Assembly: GCF_009914755.1 (NCBI RefSeq)
Contig: NC_060940.1
Length of the DNA: 64,000 bases
Reading direction: 5' to 3' (one strand)
Source: the human T2T-CHM13v2.0 reference genome, Homo sapiens
This document shows, piece after piece, positions 17,782-39,390 of the stretch. Below the pieces are notes generated by a model. That model searched no databases. It was not told the origin of the DNA and saw only the letters and a list, made by a program, of their open reading frames with translations. The position numbers and the translations under genes are program-made. Every line of letters begins with the position of its first letter. The stretch's first letter is position 1.

Positions 17782-19468
17782 CTAAGAAACCACCCATCTC
17801 ATGGGTCAACACTTAGTCCCATAGGCACACTTGACCATGCAGGAGACAATGAGCATTTAGCTCTTCCAGGTGGAGGAAGCAAAGAGAAGAGTTGAAATAG
17901 GGGCTGGCTCAGCAACCAAAGGAGCCTGCCACGGAGGGAAGTCATGTATTTAAGTATGTGCTTTTAAATGCTTGCTTCGGATGCAAAGTGGAGAAGAGTT
18001 AGGAGGTCCCGGGCATAGAAGGAAGTCCCCTCAAGGGCTCACGATTTGAGGAAGGAGTAGGCAGACCTCACAGCCTGCATCTAAGGCAGTTCCTGATGTA
18101 ATGACATTTGTCGCGGAGGTCAGATGGTCCTCACCAGTGCTGTTAGGGAGACAGAGAGAGCTCTGCAAAGGGCTGTTCCATGGGAGAGGTGAAAAAGGAG
18201 GCAGAGCCGTCTGCCCAGGAGTCTAGGATGGGCGTGTAGCCGGCCATGTGGGACCAGTACAACTGGAACATGTGGGATTCCCTCGAGGAGACAGCCAGGC
18301 CTACGGGTCTCTGCAGCCCCTAGAGACAGGTGATGCTGGTGGGGCAGAGGTAGCGAGGTCCCCCCACCCAACATGGTTCACATGTGGGACTTGTTCCTGG
18401 TCCAGGCTCCAACCAGGGAGAAGAGGGCTGTTCTGTCAGCCATAGTCTCAGCATGTTCAGCAAAGTTTGGGGACATGGGCTGGCCCGACTCTGAGTAGGG
18501 TGCACACGCTATGAGCCAGCAGGACCCCCGAGGGAAGGGTCGCCGAGATGTTGGAGATGCACGTGCTGCCTGAGCCCCACAGAGGCTGGGGAGACTCTGT
18601 ACCCACCTCCTGGAACCCCCCCCAGTTTGGGGAGGGCATCGTTGGAAGTCCTGTTGCCCTGCAGAGGCAGGGCTGACTTCCCGCTCCACCCCTAGCCTGT
18701 CCCTCAGGGCCCTAGGATCCTGTGGAGCCACTAGGGAAGGCACGAGAGGCTCCCTTAAGCTCAAGGCTGCCTGGAGGCGACCTCCCAACTCAGAGAAATC
18801 CCCACCCTCCCTGGTGAATCCTGCCACTTACAGGGTGGTTTCTCCGCCCCCCTCTAGGCGCTACATTCTCAGGGGCTTCTGTCAGGACCCTATTAGAGGG
18901 AGTAGATGCACACGCACCAGGGCCTGTGGAGGGATGGGGTAAAGGGACAGGCACCCACAAAACTGAGGGTCGGAGAATGAGAGTTGACAAGGAGGAGAAA
19001 CAGGACAGGAGCAGGGAGAGGAGAGGAAAAAGAGGAAGACGAGGGGCAGGAGAGGGCTGGCCTGGCGGCACAGAGCAGTGGGGCAGAGCTGACAGGGCAG
19101 AAGGAGACACTGAAGGGAGAGACTCCAGGACAGGAGCAGGGGAGGGAGGTAGAGAAATGAGGGAGGGGGCACTCAGAGACAGAAGGGGGCAGTCGAGGAG
19201 CAGGGGCAGAGGGGGAAACCGAGTGAGGGAGAGAGGCCAGCAAAGGAGGGCTGGAGAGGGGAGGGGCTAAAGCCCACAGAGGAGATAAGAGAAGCCAGAG
19301 CATAGGGTGACATCAAGAGGGGACCAGGTCACAAAGGGAGAGGCCGTGGCGGTTGGCTCTGCTACCTGGCACACCTGAGTCACCCCAGCACTCCCTGGGC
19401 TGGTCACTCTGACAAACAGCAGGGCAGTTCTGGTTGGTTGGTTGGTTGTTTTAATAAAAACAACCCTA

Positions 19469-20165
<697 letters not shown>

Positions 20166-21298
20166 TTAGAACTGCACTTACAACAAAGGACACCAAAAAA
20201 AAAAAAACAAAAAAAAAACCCAAAAAACTAAACCTGTATTGCCTTCTCCAAACTTGGCCATGCCCTTGATCATTTCTGGTTGGAGATATTTCATGGCAGA
20301 GTCATAGTGTCTCTTCTTCAGCACAATTGGACCTGGTTGTTTTCTTGACCTGGCTTTGGGTGAATCTCTTCTGTATCGGCTACTAAGAGGGTCATATTCT
20401 CACCAAAGCCAGCGGCACAGCCCTCTAACCACATACCTATTTGTTACAGGGATGCTGGGGAAGGCCTGCATCCAGGCAGGCTGGGATGAGGGCCCTGGGT
20501 CCAGGAGGCCAGAGCCGGCTGCAGATGAGTGGATGTGGGGAAACAGAGTATTAGCCTGCATCCCTAAGCAGGCAGGAAGCCAGACAGACCCCTCCTCTCG
20601 GCTTGGGATCAAACTACCACCCCCCATGGGGACAGGTGGGGTGACTCAACCCCTGATGCCCGCAGAGCCAGAGGCCTGCCCTGCCACTGTCCGCTGCTTC
20701 TTCCAAACTGGGGAGTTTAGAGCTTTGGCAGTGAGTCGCTCGACAAATCGGCTCCTGGGGATGAGGACCCAACAGCCAGCCCACGGAGACGGGGCTCTGA
20801 TGGGGCTCACCTGGGCGCCTCCCTCCACCACCACCCGCAGCTCTGCCATCCTGAGGCCCCTGAGGCCTGTGGTGGAGAGAGCAGAAGGGGGGGCTTGGCC
20901 TGGGGTAGAGAGGTAGCACCTCACTCTCATGGGGCTGGGTTTCTCCTCACCAGCCCTGTTTTGGAATCCAACGCACAGTTTCGGAGTCCCAACCCCTCTC
21001 CTCCCCTTCCTGAAGCACCAGAGCTGGGTCTTCCAGGCCTCTAGACTCTGCCCCTTCTCCATCGGCTGCCCTGCCCTGGTGGGAGAGGGATAAAAGGGAG
21101 GGTGGCCCAGGGCTGCAAAGGTCAGGGGTCAGAAGGCTGAACCCTAGGTGGAAGCAGGGGTCGGCGTCAGCCCCAGGTGGACAGGACCACGCAGTCTCTG
21201 GCTAGGCCAACATCCAACCCCCAACCTTAACCCCCTCTGGACCCTTGCTTTCCAGTGTCCCCAGGCATGGGAAAAAACAGACACTGGAGAATAAATAA

Positions 21299-21304
21299 TT
21301 TATT
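21299..21304 (-). terminator. PRSS22: PRSS22 polyadenylation signal
   Basis: AATAAA on the - strand about 340 nt after the stop. Confidence 0.8.
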
Positions 21305-21642
21305 GAAATTGGAGGAATAAATAAGATATGTGGGCAGGGTTACAAATACCTATAAAAATCATTAACATTTATATACACAAAAGCGGTGGGGCCCGGGGGC
21401 GGGGCCGGAAGTCGTGGGGGCGGGGACATGAGGCCGTTGGGCGGGGCCTGATGCCTTGGAGGCGGGGCCTGAGGCCGTCGGGCGGGTCGGGGAGGGGGTT
21501 TCCTTTCCGCAGCAGCCGTCCGGGCCCCCAGAGGTAGATGAGCCTATTTACGGCGGGGGAAACCGCCCGAGGCCGCCGCAGATCCAGATCCAGATCTGGA
21601 TCTGGCCGCCTTTCAGATCCGAGCCCCGCGTCCCGCTGCGCC

Positions 21643-26639
<4,997 letters not shown>

Positions 26640-26699
26640 GGCTGGTGGGGCGGGGGAGCAGGCAGCAGGCTCGAGAGACCCAGGGCGATGCGGGTCAGG

Positions 26700-27530
26700 G
26701 TGTGTAGGTTCCCTGCAGGTCGCCCCAGGTTTTATCCTGGGAGGCGGAATGCCGTCAGACCAGTCCCCAGGTGGCTCCCGCGGCCACCCCGGCTGTGGGT
26801 CCTGGGCAGAGGGCGGGGCTGCGGGGAGGAAGCCAGCCGCTACAGGGCTCTGGGGGGGCTCTAGCTGAGACCCCAGGATGTGGCCTCTGGAAGGGCAGGG
26901 GAGGGGGCTTGGGCCCAGAGGTCCCTGACATTAATTGTCCAGGGGCAGAGAAAGGTGCCAGGGCACTGAAAGGAAGGGGTTCCGGGCTGGGGAGGGCCTG
27001 GGTTTGGAGAGGCTGAAGTCTGGGGTACTGGGTGTTGGGGGTGGTCCTAGGGCCTTAGGGATCAAGGGGGTGCCCAAAGCTCAGTAACGGCTCCCACCTG
27101 CAGGGCCCCAGGCCCCTGTGACTCAGCCCAGAGACCTGGCGCAACCCGGGCTTGGGAATCCCGTTAACCCACTTCCCGAAAGCTGTGAATCAGGTGAGTG
27201 GCGACCTTGGTGGCCTCCTGGTGGCCGCCCTCCTGTCGTTCCTGGAGGCGGGGCTCTGCCCTGCGGTTCAGACACCTGACAACTCACCTCACCTGGACTC
27301 CTGGGAAGGGGAGGAGCCCATGGGCACCAGGGCTCGGCCAAGCAGGGGGGTTGAGAGAAGAGGGGCCCCGGGAAGGGCTGGGACTCCCAGGATTCAAAGA
27401 GCTGCTGGGCTGGGCTGTGGGGGGCCGGGTCCTGGGCTGGGAGTGGATTCTCGGTGCTTCCCCCCAGCGGCTGCCACAGTGGCAACCCGGGGCTGAATCC
27501 TGTGAGACCTTCCCTGACTCAGTGCCCTGC
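26700..27530 (-). promoter_or_regulatory. PRSS22: PRSS22 proximal promoter region
   Basis: TATA-like GATAAAA (- strand, 26730-26736), GC box ~26811-26819, AP-1 TGACTCA at 27119 and 27515. Confidence 0.6.
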
Positions 27531-27681
27531 AGCGCCCCACACTTGGGACACTCCCACCCAAGCAGGGCAGGCTTCCTCCTCTACAAAGAGGCAGGAGCCT
27601 GCGCCCCTTCACTCATTCGATCAACAAGCCTCCAGCAGGGCCCTTGCTACCGCCGGGGGTGAATTAAAAACAACCATAGTG

Positions 27682-28042
<361 letters not shown>

Positions 28043-29989
28043 TTATATAATAGAGCAAACATTTAGGAGTGCCATGCATTGCCTCCTAATCCTCAAATGT
28101 CTTTATTATTCCCACTCTGCAGATAAGGAAACTGAGGCAGCTTAGGGCGGTTAAGTGACTTGCCCGAGATTGCTGGGTGAGTGGTGGAGCCGGACCTGCA
28201 CCCCAACACTGGGGGTGGCTGCTGGGACTGCCCTCATGGAGGCTTCGGGAGCCTGGAGGAGGTGCCTCACCCTGCCTGGGGTGAGCCCTAACTTGCTCCC
28301 TGCAGAGTCAGGGTGGCGTGGGTCAGGGGCTTAGCAGACCACCATGGCTGCTTCAGGGACTCCATGGCTCTGAGCAGGACGGGTTTTGCCCTGGGGGTGG
28401 ACTCTGTGCTGCCCACCTCCTCAGTCTGTTAAGGGTTAGGGTGGCAGCAGGACGACTGGCACTTTCTCGTGGCAGAGAGGCCATGCCCTGCTCCACCGAG
28501 AGACAAGTCAAACAGCAGGGCCCTGGGGAGCCCCAGAGGATGCATTATTCTCTGTCCCAGGACTCAGAGGGGGTTTGGGGGAACTGCAGGAAAAGGCCAC
28601 GCAGAGTGGCCAAGGAGGGGCAGTGTCTCTGAGCAGCAGCAGCACTGCAGCAGAAATTTCTGCTGGGCTCCCCCAACCCTACTCACTGTCCCCCGCTCAG
28701 CTCTGCACCCAGGGCGTCCAGGGCCCTCCTGCGCCCCACCCCACTGCCTTCTGGAATAAGGTGGGTGGCCTCTCCAGCTCACCCAGCAAACATATATTGA
28801 GTACCTGCTGTATGTCAGGCCCTGGTGGGCACCAGGACACATGTGATGAATAAGACGCAGGTCCTGTGCTCAGGAAGCACATGACCTCCTAGGGGTGGGA
28901 GGCAGATGACGGATGACAGGGAGGTGTCCGGGAGGTGGGCACAGAACCATGGGACCAGGCGGTGGCTTGGACCCTAGAGGGCCACTGTGAAGCTGGGTGC
29001 TGGGGAAACAGTGTGGGCAGGGGGGCTCCCTGTGGACCCCCAGGATCATATTCAGTGCCTGCTGCACCCTGGGGCTCAGCGAGTGTTTGTTGAATGTATA
29101 AATGAGTGTGGAAGAAGCAAGTCTGCAAGTGGCTGGGGACCGACCACTCCAGCCTCCCTCTCTGCCTCCCGCCCAGGTTTCCTCTCCATTCCAGCTTTTC
29201 TGCCTTTCTGAAGAGCCAGCTCACTGCCCTGGATACCCAAGGGTAGCCATGGGCCCTGCCCAAGATGCCGCTATCCCTGAGACAGGGTGGCCAGGAAGAG
29301 GGCCCCGAGGAGAAGGACCCGGTAGGAGCAGGGGGAAGCCCTGAGGAGCTGGGTGAAGATTTCCTGGCACAAGTCCTGGGGAAGGGCCCCAGACAGCAGT
29401 TCCTCAATTCCCAGGGTATAGAGGGTGGAGTCTCTGAAAGGCCACGGGGTGGAGACCCTGGCATGATTCAACATTCACTCAACAAAATATTTATTGAGCG
29501 CCTGCCAATGCTAGACCCACATGCTGGCCAGCATCCCTGCCTGTGCAAGCTCTGGATGAGCTGTGTGCCCCTGCCACCCACACCCCCACTCCCTGCCAGC
29601 CTGGCCTCAGGGCCTCTGATCCATGTGCACTGGAGTGGTGATGACTGACAGGGCCACTGGGGCATTTCCATGTTAACAGCAGCTGCCACTGGCAAAAGAA
29701 GTGACTCGCCAATGGTGGCATCTCAGATGTGGGCCCAGGAGTCTGGGGAGCTACTTTGAACAGGGCTATCCATTCATTGTCCCACCAAAGGCTATGGAGC
29801 CCACCCACCATGTGCTGGAGTAGTCAAGGGAAATAAGACACTCTCCTTGTCCTCGTTAACTCAATCAACAAGCATTTGCAGAGCACCGCCTGTATGCCGG
29901 CGCTGTCCGAAGTGCTGAAGATACAGCAATGAGCAAACCAAAAGCCATGGACATCGGATGAAACAGAGAATTGTAAACAATAAGTACAT

Positions 29990-32240
<2,251 letters not shown>

Positions 32241-34069
32241 TAATTATTTAGTCTAATAGTTGTTGAAGTCAATGGGGGAAACCAAAGCAGGCAAGAGGTG
32301 TGGGGAGTGGGTGGGGGTTGGGGTGGATGAGGATGGAGGGTCGCAGTCTTAAGTAAGTGGCCCCAGCAGTTCTTCCCAATGAGGGTAACATTTGAGGAGA
32401 GACCTGAGATGGGAGAGAGCTGTGTGGAGCGCTCAGGGGACCGTTCCAGCCACAGGACAGCAAAGGCCAAGGCTGGGATGTGTGGGCCCAGGTTGGGGGT
32501 CTCAGGGCGCAGGGAGAGAGTGGCAGAGGGTGTGAGGCATGAAGGCCTTGGTCTTTGTTGAGGGGCTGAAGCCCCTCCGCCCTGGCTGCATTTTAGCGGG
32601 ATCCCAGGAGGAGCCACGTTAACACCTGGCTGTGAGGAGGCTGGGGTGAAGCAGGGCTACCTGTCGGGCCCAGGACAGAGAAAATGGGGTGGAGAAAGGG
32701 ATGGATTCTAGGTCTTTCTCTGAGGCCAAGCAGACAGGACCAAGGGCCAGAGGGCCAGTGCAGTGGGGGCAGTGGCTGCCTGAGGCAAGGGTTGTGGGCA
32801 AGATGGGGAGTGACTCTGGATCTGCTTAGCTGGAGACAAGGCCCAGGGTAGGTGAGCTCAAGGCAGAGGTCGGGTTGGAGGGAAACCTGGCATCTGGAGC
32901 CTGGGGAGGATTTAAAGTCTGGAGGCTATTGAGGTGACCAACGAGCAGGTGACATTTGCCATCGGAGACCACGTGGGCGTGGACAGCCAAAGAGTTCCAC
33001 ATCCCTCACTCACCTGCAAACGTGACGGGACTGGAACCGCCACAAAGCAGAGATGTGGGCGGCCAGGACAGTGTCCCAGGCCAAGGGAGCCCCTGTAGGA
33101 ACTGACCACGCGGCTCCGGCACAGGGGCTGGGTGCTTGGGCTGGCCGGGGCCACCAGACCACTGAGGTCCTCCTGGGCCCCGTAGAGAAGACTCTGCTCA
33201 AGGGCGGGGAAGGTACTGCCAGCTTGCAGCAGAGTCAAGCTGGGATCTGAGCTGGGTTAGAGGTGTGGAGGGGACGCAGGAGGCAGGTGGGGAAGCGGGT
33301 GAGGGCTGCATCCAGGAAGAAACTGTGGCAGGGACTCTGTGGGAAATGGAGACGGAGCGAGGGGGATGGCAGGTGCCGGCGAGCCAGGCAGGTGGTGGGG
33401 TGACCAGCTGCCCGGGACGCCCAGGACTGAGAGCCTGCCTGAAATATTCTCCAGCAGGCTGAGACTGTTGGCTGCCCCAGGCGGTGCCTCTGTCCGCTGT
33501 GATGACGGAGGTCGGCAGAGCGTTTCAGGCCCAGGGGTCCCGTGGTTGCAAATTTAGGAAGGTGGGAGATAGAAGTCTAGGATGCCCCGGTGTCTAAGTG
33601 GGGCTGAAAGAGGCAGGTCTTCAGTGTCCCTTTAATCCCCCCACCCCACCCAGAGAGGGGCTGCGGTGGGAGCCGTGGGGGGTGGAGAGGCCTTGCGGGG
33701 GTGACCGTAACGTGCTGCCTGCCTCTCCTCCGCAGTTTCAATGTTTATGGAACTCTGACCCTAGCTCAGAGGTGGCTGGCTGTGTTTTGTGCAAGGAGGG
33801 GCTGGGTCTTTCGGGGCTGAGGAGGTGGGGAGGCTGGTGGAAGGGGAGGCCACCAGGAAGCTGTGAACTTGGGTGTGAAGCCACCGTGATCCAGGCAAGC
33901 TGCCTGGCCTCACAGGGCCTCTGTTTCCTCCTTGGCCCAGCGGCTTATTCTGGGACCAGAGCGGTAAACTGGCTGTGGAATCCAACCTTCCGGGGGTCTT
34001 TTTAGACCTGGCCACGTTGCTTGTTTTTTCTAAATTGAACAAATACGCATTTTTTAAAAAAAATCTGAA

Positions 34070-35265
<1,196 letters not shown>

Positions 35266-37886
35266 AAAGATGTCTGGATTCTCACTTTTTCATGAAAAAT
35301 CAGAAGCTCTGATTGCAGAACAGTCCCCACCTCACCCCCCTGTGACACTGGCCCTATACTGGGTCCCCAAATGCAGGATCCTGGGGTGTTTGAGTTCTGG
35401 ACACTGCTGTTAGCAGTTGGGGTCTAGGACAGAGCCAGTGCTCCATCCGCTCCTCAGGTGACTCAGGTGAGGCTCCAGTTAAGCTGGACTGAGCAGAGCA
35501 GAGCATTGCAAAGCAGCCCAACAGTTCCTTCCTCCCCTTGTGAGAAGGGCTGAGGCCTCCCAGGGCTAAGTGTGACTGAGTAAAGGGCAAGCTGGCTGCT
35601 CTGCGGGCAGGGTTTTCTGGGGCACTAATGGTTTTGAGGAATCTGGCCTGTTTGGCCCTGGGAATGTTGCAGGACCCGCTGAGGTAACACTGCTCACCAG
35701 CTGGCATTTCACCACCTTCCCACGGGGATGTCCCTCTGTCTGATTAAGCTTCTGAGCTGCCCTGGGAACCTGTTTCCTTCGTAGCCTGCCCAGCACTTGG
35801 GGCTTCCCTGCCTCTTGGTGACTTGGGTCAAACTGGGTTCCAGCCCATCCTAGGTTCCAGTCCTCTGCCTCCACTGTGGGCTCCTTGAGGCCTCAGCTCT
35901 GTCCATCTCAGGCCTGGCCCCCAGACTCTGCCCCTCCTCACTTTCCACCAGAAACCCAGCCTGGATTTCCCACAGCTCAGTAGCTTCCTGAAGCCTCGGG
36001 GAGGTCCAGAGGGCGGCCTCGAATTGCCCATCCTGTGTCCAGCACATCCAAAGCCAGACACAAGCAGCCCAGCATCCTCTGTCTCTTCCACCTGGGACCA
36101 GCCAGAACTGACTCTTGCATCTCAAAGCCCCAACACTGGGAGCTCAGTCTGGAAGAATTGCGCCTCCTCCACTGCCTGGAAGCAGAGAGGGAGGGAGGGA
36201 AGGACAGGACAGGGTCTGGGCAGCTGGGATGCAGCCCGTGGGAAGAGTCGAGCTGGGGAAGTGACACAGAGGAAGTGGGCGAGCAGGGCCAGGTGATTCC
36301 CTGGGTGTCCGTCACCAGGCTGGGCAGCTCCTACGCTGTCCGTGACTCATCAGTGACACAGAGGAGGGGCAGGACCTCAGAGTCCTGAGATCAGAGGTCA
36401 TGGTGGGGCTATCTGCCAGCTTCAGAGAGTCTGCAAATCACAGGAGAGGAGGTGGCTGACCACACGGAGATTAGTCACATCTGGGGGTGCTGTGGGATGA
36501 GGGACCCCAGTTCAGTTCCAGAGTGAGCTGTGCAGAGCTGGGATCTGCAGGTCTCTGCCTTCAGGGCCACCTGCTTAGCTGTGACCTAGTCCCCCATGTG
36601 AGCTGGGCAGCCACGTCAGGCCTGCTGGGAGAGGAGGCAGAGAAACCAGCTCTGACCACCCCCGCAGGTTGTGAAGCCAAGTCCAACCCGTCCTCCTCCC
36701 CCTCATCCTTCCAGGGAAATGAGTGTCTCTGATAATCACTGCGAATGAGTGGCTTCAATGATAAGTCAGAGTGTGGAGTTTCTCCACCAGGAGGTCAGAC
36801 AGCTCTGGGGCAGAGGGGCACATGTGTGTGGGGAAAGTGGGTCAGCAGCTGGAATGGGCTCACCCCTCTGTGCCGGTGGAGACGCAGCTCCCACTTCCAC
36901 TCCCACAGCTGTCCCTTCAAGCCATAATCTGGGCGCTGGGGACTTGGACGTGCAACAGGCATCTCAAAGTAGGAAATGTGGAGAGTCACTCCAATCCACC
37001 CCTCCCCCGGGCTTCCCTGCTCAGAAAATGGCCCTGCTATTCATCCGGCTCTCCAGCCGCGAGCCTGGATGTCGCCCCTGGTTTGTCCTTTTCCTCCCCG
37101 CCTGTATCTGTCCATCAGCAGGTCATGGCGTTTCAGACCTGGAAGTTGCTGGTGGACGCAGGCACTTCCCTCCATGTCCACAGGGCCCCATCCATCTCCT
37201 CTGCAACAGGTGGGCGGGTACCCTGGGGTCCCTCAAGTCTCTTGTCTCAGGAATCAGAGCTATTTAGTGCAACATAAATTACATCATGGCACTTCCCAGT
37301 TTAACTTTCTCTAGCGGGGCCCACTGCTTTCAGGAGATCCTGTAATTCCTGGACTCCCTCGGGGCTCGGCGTCATCAGCCCCTGCTGACCTCTCTGCCTG
37401 CCGATGGTCACCCTGCCCAGCTCACTCCTGTCCAGCCACACTGGTCCTCTATTTGCCCTAAGCCCTTTTCTACCTAAGGGCCTTGGCACACGCTGCTCCA
37501 TCTATCCCTGTTCAGAGCTGACAGGTCTCCTCAGGTCTTAGTTTAAGTGACACTCTCCCTCTTATTCTTTTTCTCATCCCTACAGGGAAAAGTAAGGAAG
37601 ATACGAAATGAGCAAGTGAAATGATTGTATATACTTTCAAGGGGAAGCTGGAGCCACCAGGGATTACCCCATCCTATAGGGGTACTCACCTTGCTTAGGC
37701 TACTCTGTAAAGACAGAAGTTCATTGGCAGGAAACTGACAGTGATGTAAATAATCCCTGTGCATAGAAATGCTACTGTGGGTATCGACTGTTCTGACAGC
37801 TCCATATCCACTGGCGAATTCACTTCAGCATTACTTATCGGACTGTAAGTGTATGGTGCTTTGAATAAGTTGCTATATATATATAA

Positions 37887-38182
37887 TTTTTTTTTTTTTA
37901 GATGAAGTCTTGCTCTGTCACCCAGGCTGGAGTGCAGTGGCTCGATCTCTCAGCTCACTGCAATCTCCGCCTCCTGGACTCAAGCGATACTCCTGCCTCA
38001 GCCTCCCGAGTAGCTGGGATTACAGGTGCCCACCACCAAGCCCTGCCAATTTTTGTATTTTTAGTAGAGACGGGGTTTTGCCATGTTGATCAGGCTGGTC
38101 TCAAACTCCTGACCTCAGGTGATCCACTGGCCTCAGCCTCCCAAAGTGCTGGGATTACAGGCATGAGCCACCGCGCCTGGCC
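37887..38182 (-). mobile_element. Alu
   Basis: Antisense Alu dimer. Confidence 0.9.
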
Positions 38183-38462
38183 GAACATTACACTTTTAAC
38201 AGCTTAGTATTATATCTTCAGTGCCTGTCAGTTAGTGGCCTCCCAATATTGTTGAATCAATTGATGAATTAAGTGAAACACCATTTATAAATTTTTACTT
38301 AATAAAACAAGCTACAAATTATATTCTTTTTTTTGGATATTATTGGAATCATACTGTGACATTATCTTAATCTGCTTTTAAAATTCAATATGGCATCTTC
38401 TCATATCAGTAAACCATTCATAACATGATTATTAATGTCTATATAATATTCCACTATAGAAT

Positions 38463-38860
38463 TGTTACGGTTTGGATGTGTCCCCAAAGTTCATGTGTTG
38501 GAAACTTAATCCCCAAAGCAAGAATGTTGAGAGGCGGGACCTTTCCGAGGTGATTAGGTCATAAAGCTTATGCCCTCCTGTATGGATTAATGCCATTATT
38601 TTGGGAGTGGGTTGGTTATCATGGGGTGGGTTCCTGATAAAATATATGAGTTCCACCCCCTTACTCTCTTATGTATATGCTCTCTTGCCACGTGATGCCT
38701 CCCGCCATGTTATGAGGCAGCAAGAAGGCCCTCATCAGATGCAGCCCCTCAATCTTGGACTTCCCAGTCTCCAGAACCATGTGCCAATGAATTTCTGTTT
38801 ATTATAAATTACCCAGTCTCAGGTATTCTGTACCTGAGCAACACAAAACAGACTAAGACA
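38463..38860. mobile_element. MST-type MaLR solo LTR
   Basis: Starts TGTTACGGTTTGGATGTGTCCCCAAAGTTCATGTGTTGG, ends GCAACACAAAACAGACTAAGACA. Confidence 0.8.
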
Positions 38861-39094
38861 ACAATATACCATAATTTACTCAATCCCATGCCCTCTGATA
38901 CTGGACATTCATTCTTTTTTCTGTTGTATGTAATGTGTCAGTAAGTAACCTTGTTCATCAATCTTTGAAAGAATCTCTGGTTATTTCCTCAAGCTACATT
39001 CCTAGAAGGGAAATTGCTAGGATAAAGGTTTTAAATGTATTTACAGTTTTTGATGACATATATTATCAAACTACACTCTTGAAAAGTTATGTAG

Positions 39095-39390
<296 letters not shown>

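Noticed and set aside
18135-18170. LCLPNST resembling the protease PICLP motif (third protease relic)
   Set aside because: No accompanying AAHC, DIAL, GWG or GDSGG remnants nearby
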